Shown here: one piece after another, positions 9,836 to 21,600 of the stretch
Layout of the letters: every line of letters begins with the position of its first letter
How positions within the stretch are numbered: position 1 is the stretch's first letter
Assembly (NCBI GenBank): GCA_004764695.1
Contig: SMSO01000031.1
Location: forward strand, 6,120,761 to 6,184,760
Direction of reading: 5' to 3'
Source of the DNA: Schizochytrium sp. TIO01
Lineage: Eukaryota; Protista; Bigyra: Labyrinthulomycetes
DNA length: 64,000 nucleotides
Made by a program: the position numbers and the translations under genes
The notes under the pieces: generated by a model
What the model saw: only the letters and a program-made list of their open reading frames with translations
The model's database searches: none
Told to the model about the DNA's origin: nothing

Positions 9836-12094
9836 GCCACCCGTCACTTTAGGGCCCTCTAATAACTTTAATAGTAATAAAGGGGCCCCTTAGTTCAGAT
9901 TCAATAAGAGATCCGCTTCATAATCTAATAGTGGGTGTTAATTCGCAACTTACTTTTTCTGCGAGTGATAGGTTTGGCTTTGCAGATACAATGTCACTTT
10001 TAAACCATCTCCATGGTTTGGCGAGGCTTTAAACGTGATACAAATTTAGGAGTGCTCTTTTGGTTGCACGACTCTATGTCAGTTGATAATTGTTTTGGTA
10101 TAATTAGTCAAGAAAACGTTTCGTACCGTGAGTATAGCACTCAAACCTGTCAATCAATCCCTTTATTGGGTGGTATTCATGTTGGTTTGTAGAAGGGTAT
10201 GACGTGATATCGCGAGACTGTATTAACTCAGTCTGTGGCCTCCTCTTATACACCTTTGAGCAATGGTCCGAAGTCAAGCACTGGGGCCATCAGGTTACCG
10301 TCAAGGATTTTGATATCGCTAATTCTGCGTCAATGTTATTTTATGCCTTACGGGATCGTTGCCAGGATTCACTCTGCTATTTCTTTTAGGGGTGAAAGCT
10401 ATTATAGTCGACCACACTTTAGCTCGCACGTGTCTAAATCCCGGGGAATCAGCCAAACGCAAGCCAAGTGCTTTGCTTATACTTGATCTTGTAGATGATG
10501 AAAAACAGCAAATTGATGTTCCCGGGATTGTGCTGTGTAGCCAATCAATATAAGAAACATTAAGAGTTCACTACTAAGGCACCTTGAAAGACAATGTTGA
10601 AAGCTGAACGAAATAACGCGCCCATAAAAACATATACTATTATACCAGAGCTGCAGCCAGACCTTGTAAGACATTTTTGTTGATTTCTGTTGAAGGTTAT
10701 ATCATTTACTTTTCTTGAGTGATTCAAATGACTGCTTTGAAGAACGAGGTGGTCTTTTGGAAGGTCATAATTCGATACTAGCCTATATCTACTATATATG
10801 GTAAGAGTTGCTCTGGACGGAAACTCTGTTAATGCAGATCACTTATCATATACCATGCGAAATCTCATATAATTTATTTTGATTATTATCACAAGCCGCA
10901 AGAGATCATAGAGAGACTAAAACATAAACTGGGTCATACATTATTAAAAAAGCAGAACCACATCGCAAAAGCACTGAGACAGTACATCTTGATGATTGTA
11001 ACAATTCATTTCTTCTGTTTCATCTGCTCACGTAAACCTTGACTTTGCTTTATTTCGGAGAAAGTGGGATCTGAGCAAGAGAGCATCACACGAAAGCCCT
11101 CGACTCTACAAGTTTCACCAGCAACTCACTATGGATCCCGATCACGACGAACCCAACCTCTCTTCTGAAAAGCATAAGCCGGTCTACGTACCTAAGAACC
11201 TATCGCTGTGAAGGAGTGTCGTCTTTGTACGCCTGCAGACCACCGCTCTGCAGAAGGTGTGAGTATGCGAGATGGGTCAAAGCTATTCATCTCAGTCATG
11301 TTTGGCTTTCAGAGAACCGCTCAAAGCTTGCTGTGAGCACTTGACTATTAGAATATGCTTAGCCTACGCTTGTGATAGCAGCATGCAAAGGTCATCTGCG
11401 TAGCGTTTTGCATATATTTGACTTGCAGGCTGCAACTCGCCAATGTGCTTTGTTGTCTTGGTGTTGAGACGTATGATTCTGATTCGAAGACAATAGTTAA
11501 TCATGTACTTTCGAAAAGGTTAAAAAAATTGCGAGTCGAACACATCTACACTGCATCGTACGAGAGAGATGTAACCTGCAACCTTTGTGTTTTTAACACA
11601 CACGCACACAATATAAACTAGATAAGTAGGGATTGATATAATAAGATCAAATTGATAAGCGATTCCTTTGTCGGTGACTTCAGTTGGATGGTGACCTAAG
11701 TTGGATGTTAACGTTTGTGTTTGTAACATCGAAGCATCGACGTGATTGATATGCCTGGTCGTGATCTGCTTGGTCGTGATCTGCAAGATCGGATGACTTT
11801 GGTCATTTACAATTTAAGCATTTACAGTCTATTTTTCAAAGAAAGAAATTATATTTTTTTTTTCATTTTTGGGATCGTCTTCAGGCTGAAAATGCTTTTA
11901 ATACTTTTTTATCTAGTAGTTTTCGGGAGGGGGAGGGGGGAGGCGTGGGCGACAGAGAGGAAGAAGTAAGCATATGTTGAGTTCGTATACGTCTCTTCTA
12001 AATACAAGCCGACTTCCTATACATCTCATCGTACGCTGATGTACAAAATATTTATACGAAAATGTTATTTTTGTGATGTCAAGATTGAGCATGA

Positions 12095-12394
12095 CTAAGC
12101 TGTATGCTCAAAGTAAAGTTCATTCGTGAGCATTGGCGTATCATCAGGTGTTTCATGCATGGGCTCTTCGTCGATCATGTGCATGGGCTCTTCATCGATC
12201 ATGTGCATGGGCTCTTCGTAGATCATGTGCATGGGCATCTGCGTTACAAAGCCTTCAATTTCCACTGGTGTTATAAACATGCGGACTTCTACGGAGTCCG
12301 CATTCTCAGGTTGTGGCTCACACGCAAGGTCCGGTTCCTCAGCATCAGGTATTAAATGAAAGTCAAAGTCTCCTTCTTCATTCTCCGGATCCAT
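12095..12394 (-). CDS. Acidic Met/His-rich microprotein, copy B (99 aa) with three HMI[YD]EEPM repeats
   Basis: Paralogue of 9301-9543 with an in-frame 24-nt tandem repeat expansion at ~12160-12235, and the same start and stop. Confidence 0.6.
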   Translation of the reverse strand: MDPENEEGDFDFHLIPDAEEPDLACEPQPENADSVEVRMFITPVEIEGFVTQMPMHMIYEEPMHMIDEEPMHMIDEEPMHETPDDTPMLTNELYFEHTA

Positions 12395-12588
12395 CCTACC
12401 TCGGCTGAGTACTGTGCTGCTGCGTTCTTGGCGTACACTCTTGTTGCAGGTCGCGTATGCTCTCTTTCTCCTTTACTCAGGCTAAGTCTGCCCTTATTTC
12501 TGCTTCGATCGAGCTATTTGGTGTTTGGTCGCAGCCTTCCACGCGTCCGCCACGTCTCCCCCATGTTTCCACAACCCGTTCGATCCTA

Positions 12589-12690
12589 CCATTCATCCTT
12601 GCGTGAATTCATCCTTGCGTGAATTCATCCTTGGGTGAATTCGTCCTTTGGCGAATTCATCTTTGCATGAATTCGTCCTTGCCCAAATTC
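12589..12690. promoter_or_regulatory. 16-bp-phased GAATTC palindrome array upstream of microprotein B
   Basis: GAATTC at 12605, 12621, 12637, 12653 and 12669, AAATTC at 12685, CCATTC at 12589: an exact 16-bp period, ~195 bp upstream of the ATG. The regulatory role is inferred. Confidence 0.6.
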
Positions 12691-15600
12691 AGGTTCGCCG
12701 TCGATTTATTGCACACCGAGGCTCGTCATTTTGGGGTCCTGCTCTGGTTACTTGTCACGACAGGTCCCCTGAGTTCTGCCTATATCATCGTGTCTATCAG
12801 ACTGCTAATACCTACCTAGGCTCCACATCAAAATCAGGAAAGGCTCTGCTCGTTGAGGCTCGCAATCTCGTTCACAATTCCGAGTCTTCCAGTAGGGTTC
12901 CAATGAGTAGGGGTTTTAAGGAATCCTTTCAGCTGAAACATTTTATCTTTTAAACTCTTCGAGCACGGTATGATTCTGACAAACTTCTCCCTCTCGCGAT
13001 GAAGGTGAGTAAATTCATCTATTCCCGCTGTATCTTGCTCCAGCACTGTGTCTACTCACAGGGGCTGTGTACATTGGTCAATACTGCCATGCAGTATTGA
13101 TTATTATTTGACCGATAGAAGGAGCTCTTTCTAACATGGGGCGGCTGCGTTTGGGCGATTTAAAATACAGGATTTGGTTTTGTTACGATTCCGTCTAATC
13201 TAGTCACAAGGTCGATTTTGACTTTCAGAGTATTAAAAAAATCGAGTCTGTTGCAGATAACTCTTTGGCGCTCATGGCTCGGATGAGGCATTGTTGAAAA
13301 CAAATATTTAAAGGTTTTTCTTTCGAGTTGTGACATATCAACCTTTGGATCACGCAAGGAGGGTGAGAGTGTACATCAGGAGTTGATTAACGTTTCGACC
13401 ATTTTAAAAATAGCCAAGGTTCAGGGATCGAGTAATCACATGTTTAAAATGGCGTAGATATACATATTAATTGCAAGGGTTTGAGAATAAAGCATCGTCC
13501 TAGAACGTTCCTAGAGATGCTCCATCTACACGGATGAGACGTTCTATATTTTCTTCTTAAAGCTATTTTGATCTCATTTCTCTAGCTCACTTTTAATTGA
13601 AATTTGTTGCAACAGCGTCCTCAACTATATCTAATGAGAGTGTCACAGCGTGTACGAATGTGAGAGACCAAGGAAACTCAACTGTGGCAGTATAATAGAC
13701 ACTCACGGGCTTGTGTAAGGATGACCTAAATTTATGGCTGAGGAAACGAGTAAACCTAGCCTGTCGAGTTCTGAGTAATAACAGGTGAAACCTGGAGAAT
13801 TCTCCTACTTCGAAGATGAATCAATCCACCTGAGTGTTTATCTACAATGTCAGCAGATCGCAAATTCTATAAGCCTTAGTATATAATACTTCTTAAGTTT
13901 TATCATGCTTTCCAAGCTCCTTGTCCTCATCTTCCCAGTCAATCTCTCGGTGCTCAGGTGTTTGCTTTCAGTCTGTCTGTCAACGCTACTTTCTGAATAT
14001 TAAGTATGTGGTTCACTTTCTTATCGAACGATTTCAACATTGATCAATTGTGCTAGTGATATTTACAACATGGAACTTTCAAAAGTTCGAGTTCGGAAAT
14101 TTGAAAACAATTAAAACTCATAGAAGAAAAGGGCGAGTACATTTATCACTTTGCATACTTTAGTCTATAAAGAATACACAATAGTTGCGTGCAACATCTT
14201 TACTATAAATAATATTCAACGATCATATGTTCTGAATTCTACTCTCATATAGCAGATTGCTGCAAGATAACACTTGCAATAATGATGAGGTGTAGATACT
14301 AATAGCTTCATTATACGAAAGTATCGCGATGAGAACGTTTCGGTTAATTCTGGGTCTCTATGTTGGTGAATAAGTGGGTTATTGAGTTCTGATGTATTCA
14401 ACATGGGCTATCTTTCTTTCCCTCTTTTCCAAGTCTGTTCCTTACTGACCATGCCACTCAAATTCATAAGATCTAACATCAGATTCAGTATTACAAGTTG
14501 CAAATACTTCTTCACAGACAATTGTGTAGTCTTGACGAAAGTGGAAAGGGTAAGTGATGGCGACCTGAATGCAATAGAAAAGAGTTTATTCCACATGGTA
14601 GGTTAGTGGCGCTGGCTGGCCCTTGATGTATCTGATCGAATACAGGACTGTTGTATTACTGAACTAAAGCGCAGTTTCGTTGACACCCAGTTAGGTTACA
14701 GCTCAAGCTGGATCATAATCAGCACCCTGCACTTGTGGAATGTTGAGCCAGTTGCGGCATGCTCAAATAGCCGCTGCGAAGTTAAAACCTCGAGCCACTA
14801 AAGTCAGCGACATGTTTTGGAATTGAAGTCCAGGTAACGATGGAGGAACCAAGCTCCTCACATAGGTTCACTGCACATGAGAAGAAACATCGTGATGAGC
14901 GGGGCTTGCTCCTCTTGCTCGCTATTTGACTGTTATGTATACACAAGGGGGTAAAGGTATATTCACACGTTTCGCATTATCCAAAGTAACCTTGCAAAGC
15001 CATAGCGCCTAGAAAGGCTGGCATTATATTGAACAAAAAAGCAAACTATATACGCAACAGTAACTTGAATACTTCTTTTGTATTACGTGCTCATCCAAGT
15101 TCTCACCGCGATTTTTTCCAGTACTGTATTCGATGCTCGAAAATTCGGAATGACGGACTTTTTGTTGGTGCGTTGATGACATTGGTCCAGTTTCTCACTG
15201 GGTCTTGTAATTTCGAGTTTTCCCAATAATCTAGCAGGTACACCTAGCTATCTCAGTAGATCCCTAGTTGTATGACACCTAGGCAAGCCTTCCGAAACAC
15301 TCCTCATAAGTCAACAAGCTTCTGCGATTCGGCAAACTAGTTACCCATGGTGCTAGTATAGTGCAATTCGGATACCATGGTGCCAAGTATGAAGTTTCAT
15401 GTCTAACGAGACCTGGATTCCAGCTGCTCTGACGATGGAGGTGCGCAATAGGATATCGTTTTCTTCTGTGTGTGAAAGGGTAAAATAAATGCCAGAACTT
15501 CTTCAAGTAGGTACCTACCTACCAAGTGCTCTTTATGTTGCGCAGTCAAGATAGCTAGAACCAGGACCAGTTTGTTCCATCCCATTTCACTTCAGACTTC

Positions 15601-18600
15601 TTCATGCGGCTATGCCAAGATTGCGAGCTAGCTGCTGCACAAAATAGTTCAAGCGATTCAGGTTGTGCTAGCTAGCTACGAGATCCCAGAGGGATTCGGT
15701 AGAAGAAACACAAGCTGTCTCAAGAAAGCGGGAGCTTCCATTTCCCTCGCTCGCTGGGACTTGACTCCAACGAGTTTCAAGATAAACTCCTTCATGCTTG
15801 TTCTGCCTACCTCCTATCCCCCTTTCGAGGCAAGAAGTCTGTTTCTCTCACACGCTCAACTTGTAATTTTGGAAAGTTTCGTGATTGCTAGAACTGAGAT
15901 ATAGCATAGCAACCGAGACTATTGATTATCACTCGTACTAGGCGACAAAGCTGAACTTGACAACATCAGGTGATTAAGGGCTTGCTTGATTGACGGAGCC
16001 AGTTGCAGTTGTAAAAACTTAAGGAAAGTCTACATGTCCAAGTTGTAGGTGCAACTTATCGCAAATCTCATTAAAAGCAAATAAAAGGGTTTCCAGGATA
16101 GCCTTCTTTGGTATTAAAAAATGAGCAAATACCACTAGGTACGGCCAGTTTGCTGCTTAATATGGATGTACCGCAACGTCACCGGACCCAACAGCATCCT
16201 CAGTTTTTCTAAAAAGGACCTTGTTCATGACTATGATAAACTAAACGTGATATTAGAAAGCAAACCATATTTTCTCGTTATTGTTATTGTTATTGTTATT
16301 ATTATTTATTAAATATTTATCTTTAAAAGTTATATTATGAAAAATTATTATCAGCAACTATTTAGATAACATTTTAAAACTTTTATTTATTTATTTTAAA
16401 ATTTCAGAAACAAAAATACTCCAAGATACCAACTGCCCTATGTATCTACTTTTAAGAAAAAGAAAAAAAGGAGGTAAGAGTATTTAGTAATATATTCGAT
16501 AAATACTCAATCTCTGACCAGCAGTGAAAACATTTTAAAAATGATGCCCTTCGAAAGTGGTAGGTCCGCACAAACGAAGAGGTACAACTAATTTTCCAAT
16601 TCGATGCTTTCTCACCGAACTCATCTACTCAGTTGGAAGGTTGATGGTTTTCTGAGGAGATCCAACCCAAATGATCTTTTGATCTTCGCATGTGTTTGCG
16701 CTGACTCTCGTAAATAAAATAAAATAAATAAATAAAATAAAATGGGAAAGAAAGTAACTTTGAAGAAAATCATAAAACAGCTGCTGGTCAACTTCTTTGC
16801 TTGACAATAAAGAATTGTTTTATAGCCTTGTCTTCATTCCCGACAGTCAGAGGCGCCTTGGCAAGCAGAGCTTTGAAGCCAGTACATTTTTTTTACAATG
16901 TTTTTTTTGTTTGCTTTACAATAACAATAAATTAAGCGAGCGTTGGGTTAAACGGTTTAGCGACTGTGCTCTCCATTCTTCGATGAAAGTCAGCACTGCT
17001 TGAGCACAAAATATTGAAATGATTCCTGCGCTGAGTCGCAGCATTATCGAATTATTTCGTTGTGAGTATTAATGCGACAACAATGTAGGGGAGGCCTCAA
17101 GAATAAGAGCTGCATTAACCCTAGAAATGAGAAATTAAAAATAGTGAGACCAATTTGTCTTTTCCTCTGATGAATAATCAGAAGCGATTACATCTTGCAT
17201 TTTGCGTAATCTCCTTATAAATATAGCTAAGAAAACTGTCAATCCTTTATCATTATCATTACCATGGTGGTGTACTAATGTGCGTTACCTTCTGAATTCA
17301 ACTAAACCACTATTTAGGTAGCCTTGATTCAGATGAACAGCATTCCTATCGACTGAATGGAGCTTGTTGCAGATTTCCCACTAGAGAAGCTATGCAATCC
17401 AGCGATGACGTTATTCTCATGACTGCGCTTCCGAGCAGCTTGCACAACCCATATCACAATGGCCTGGCGTTTGCTTTGTAAATTAAATTTTGAAGCAAAT
17501 TTTAAAGTCGATGATGATTCTGAATTATTACAGTGACCTCTTCTTGACATTTTACAGATTCGAACGTATATAGAATGATCTATGCCGTAGATCTATATAC
17601 GTTTGTTTTTAATCAAGTAGATTTCTGACCAATGCTGTCATATTTACTTTACCTTGTACAGAGAGTTGGATGAAAGTGTAGGTAAAATTGCAAACTGTTG
17701 AGTAGCCAATTTAGCTGGTGCATCCTCAAGTCGAGGTACATAAAGAGCAACATTCCAAGCATCTAATAGGGCCGACCCTCCAGTGACTTTTATACTTCGC
17801 CTTCCTGAAAAATAAATTGAAAGAAGCACTGGCAAGCAAAAGGTAAGTAGTAGGAGTAGCCTGTGGCTAGAAAGAGCGCCAAACTTTGAGTTATCTAACC
17901 AAATTCGCAATATTTTTTGCACAGATGTCACCCCAATGGTAGGTACGCACCTGCTACATTGTACAATCCCTACACGTTTTCCTGTCCAGACTATTTGAAG
18001 CTCTAGAAAACTAATCAGGTCTTAAGCTATCATTAGTAGGGTATGTAAGCAGTATTTAAAGAAAACGAAAAACTAAAAAGCGCACCCGCTGGAATCAGGA
18101 AAGATCTGGGAGTGATATGATGATGTCGCAAAGGTAATGCATTGCATTTTAATACTTAATACTAATTTTATATTCATGTGAATACTCTTTTCAAAATAAA
18201 AAGCTTAAAAAAAACCTTTGATAATGTTTTTTAATAAGTAGCTCTACCGCATTTTGGTAAGGCACCTTATCAATGGAGCTTCTCTAAAACAAGAGAGAAA
18301 GAGAAAGCACTTTTCAGTTGCTTCGCTGTGAGCATTGAAAGAAAAAGCAAAAGAGGGGAAATAATAGGCATCAAAGGGAAGAAGAGAAACGTTAGGTACT
18401 TGTAGCTAGCATTCTAAGTGCTATTTTATCCCACCAAAATAGTTCTAGTGCCAGTAGAAGCTTAGTATTTATTCGATAAACTTTATCAGAACCTGAGAAG
18501 AAAAAAGGAAAAGGAAAACTAAAGTTAATGCATCAGGGCCAAGCACGCTGACTAGTTAGAGGCACTTTGCACTCATGTTTGCAACATACTATCTAAAAAC

Positions 18601-21600
18601 ATTATGCAATGGATGAACAATATGGCATCTAAGCCTGCCTTTTAGTGGCCGAATTTGGGGGAGGCTTGATTTCAAAATCATTATCAAAGAATACAATGTA
18701 ATAACTTAAAATAAAGGAAGTATTTTATTATCATCCCTGCATTCTTTATCATCGAGGTATGTTTAGGTGGTATTGTCATGCTTGAACGTATTCGCCCCAA
18801 TCAGCAGGCTGAATTCACTTGGACCAATTCATTGCTATTCGAAGAGATTATTTATCAATTAGATTTAACGAATACATCATTTCGCTAGAGTTTAGGCACA
18901 TTGTTGAACCGAAATGCAGCTTCAACGAAGCTTTGCAAATGACAAACATTGACTGCTGAGAATCTAGAGATAATATGAAACTAAGGCTTGCGAGCATCGA
19001 TATTTTTTGTTGTAATCGATTAATATAAACCATTACTTTCGCTTCCCCCTGTTCACCAAAGTAAATTCCCTATGCAAAACACAATCAAGAGGTTCGTTAC
19101 TCAATAAAACATATACTATATAATGGTTGGGGAGTGAAGATGAGTTTCCAATGTAATACAATATAATAAAATACGACTACAGCGAGAGTGGATTCTCAAC
19201 AACTGATGGCGTGCCTTTTAAAACTGGGCGTCGAGAAAACATTGTATTAAAATGCCGCTCCCCCTCCCCCCCAAGACACTTTATGCAGTTATGTTTATGC
19301 GTGTAAAGAAAGGAGCGTAAGCACAGCAATGCCATCTTCTTAATGCGGTAATATTAATCTTCATCATGGGAGCTTGTAAGTCCTTCGTAGGTTCAGGAAT
19401 GCATTTAGTTTTCAATATGTTGACAAGCACATTACAATTCACCTGCTGAGTGCTAGTCTTCAAAACTTTCAGAGGATGCAGTGCATGGCGAAGCCGAGCG
19501 AGGGTGAGTGAGTGCGCGACGGTTCTCAATATAAATCATAAACCAAAATGCCTGGCCCTTAAGACCAAGAACAACAAAACATTCTATTTGCGATCGCGAC
19601 CAGCCTTGCTTCTCTCTCCAGTAATTCGCTTTCTAATCTTACTTCTATGCGGAAAGGCAAGTATGCAGACGTAACCGTCATGGTAGATACTACAAACTCT
19701 TAGGTTCCCCAAGCCAACTCTCAGAAGCAACTAAAATTTCGCCAACATAATGCATGAAGATGAACAAGAACACATGGTTACCTAGTCCGAAACGCAACGT
19801 CAGATAGATAGATAAAAGATCCGGACTTCTCACCCGAGACTTACTTCATACGACTCGCTCTTGCGTGCCCAATGTTGTACCCAGGGCACTATCGACAAGC
19901 TTGCACCCTCATGACATTCAAGTAAAATCAGTTAAACGCAGATTGAACTCGATGAGAAGTTCGTGGCTGCCAAGATATCTGAATCGGAATCTGTAGAGAA
20001 CACACAGCGGGACAACTAGGGTTGCACCAAGACGTCCTCACAATCCCACTTTGGCCACTGTTGGCTTTCTTGGCACCATGGGCTCTAGAATGCTCCGCAA
20101 GCTGCCCAAAAGCCCCGTGAGAGCCGATATTGGGTAAGTAGGCACCACCCCATGCTATCTGGCCATGCTTCTATCCCATTTGCATTGCCTTCTCCGTACT
20201 GCTAGGGCCAAGGTTTGCATTCGATTTGTGGTTACGAATTTCAGTTTTACCTACCTCACTACTCACGCTAGAAAGGCTTGAAAAGAATAAAAGAAGGGCG
20301 CTACCTACCTACTAGGCACTACCTAGCTGCCTAGGTGTGATACATTTCGATTTTGTTGTGTTAGGGAGTGCGTGAGTCTACGAGGTCTTACGCACATCAT
20401 TCGTAGTCTATTCGCAGCGAACAGCCATTACCTACGTGTTGCGAAAGCACACGAATGATTAAGTTCTTCGCACCCCTTTAAAAACTAGTACCTTGGAGCT
20501 TGCTTTTAAGGGCGATTTTGAGTGATTCTACTCCGATCGAGGACATCAGTATTAATTTAATGACTCGGTTCTGACTCACGCCAGCTTGCGCTGACTTTTG
20601 AGCCATTCTTGCAAAAATGAAAAAGGAAAAAGGCAGGCACCTTTAATCTTTGAATTTGAAGATTAGAGTACACCCGCCAAGAGTGAGTGGCAGCAGCCGT
20701 TCTCTCCGTCTGCAGCTGAACGGAATTTCTGATTAAAAGCTATAGTGGAGAATATTATAAGCTAGTCTCAGCTTTGGATGGATCTGCAAGGATCTGACAT
20801 TCTTCGTTCAGACTTCCACATCCCACTTTCAAGCTGACCTCAAACACATCCACGACAAAATAAAAACTGTGAGCTAGAATGCAAAGCAGACAATACCTAT
20901 GTATTGCCTAACTCTGTGGCAATGAAGAGGTTTTTTAACACTATGTTAATTAAAAATCTTGTTATTCTTACTGCTTTTAAAATTTTATAATAGAAAACGG
21001 TTCAATGCTTTACAAGCCACCCTCGCTAAGTGCATAAAATGTTCAAGTTTTCAATTGCTCATTTGTGTTGACTTGGTTCTTAACCCAATCAAGGGCACAC
21101 TCTCACTCATGCTAAAGCTAAATGTTGTGGTACTTGAAATTCCCATCGAGGTTTGGAGGTATGAAGGCTTTTTTCCAGGGATGGAGTTTAACAAAGGTAA
21201 AAGGCCTTGTATCTTGCTTCGTAATTCCCTTATTTAGTAAAGATGGTAGACTCAAATTTTCTTGAGGGTCAACCCAAGCAAGCAATATCTCAGGTTTTCG
21301 CTCCGCCTCCAATCCTATGAATTTCAATGTTCCATAGACCTGGTATCTGAATGAGGGTAGCAGATCAAACGAGGAGCATGAAGGTGGAGGTCACTAAGGA
21401 AATTGCCTTCTCTAGTTCACGTTCGTTCTTTTTTTTTTTTTTACACAACAAAGCTCCAAACTGAACATTTCAATAGCAATGAGAAAGAAAGGAATGACTA
21501 ATTCCCTCAAAGTTCTCAATAAAAGGTAGAAAGTGGTACCAGTAGGTAGTTATGACCTTTACGAGGGCTACTGCTACCATGACATTGATTTTTTAAAGGT

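Larger units (their letters stand above)
7820..9900. repeat. Tandem segmental duplication, copy 1 (partner ~10850-12780)
   Basis: About 8040-8758 is nearly identical to ~11045-11754; the ORF track shows an identical 67-aa shadow ORF at 8423 and 11418. Flanks on both sides align at lower identity. Boundaries are approximate. Confidence 0.9.
10850..12780. repeat. Tandem segmental duplication, copy 2 (partner ~7820-9900)
   Basis: Same alignment as copy 1. It includes a paralogous small ORF and GAATTC array. Confidence 0.9.

Noticed and set aside
9734-12690. GAATTC arrays as CRISPR repeats or heat-shock elements
   Set aside because: Eukaryotic context, 6-bp core with 10-bp spacers and no cas genes; spacing does not fit the nGAAnnTTCn HSE pattern.
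17563-17603. Imperfect 16-bp AT-rich hairpin
   Set aside because: Short, bulged and AT-rich; plausible by chance or local template switching.
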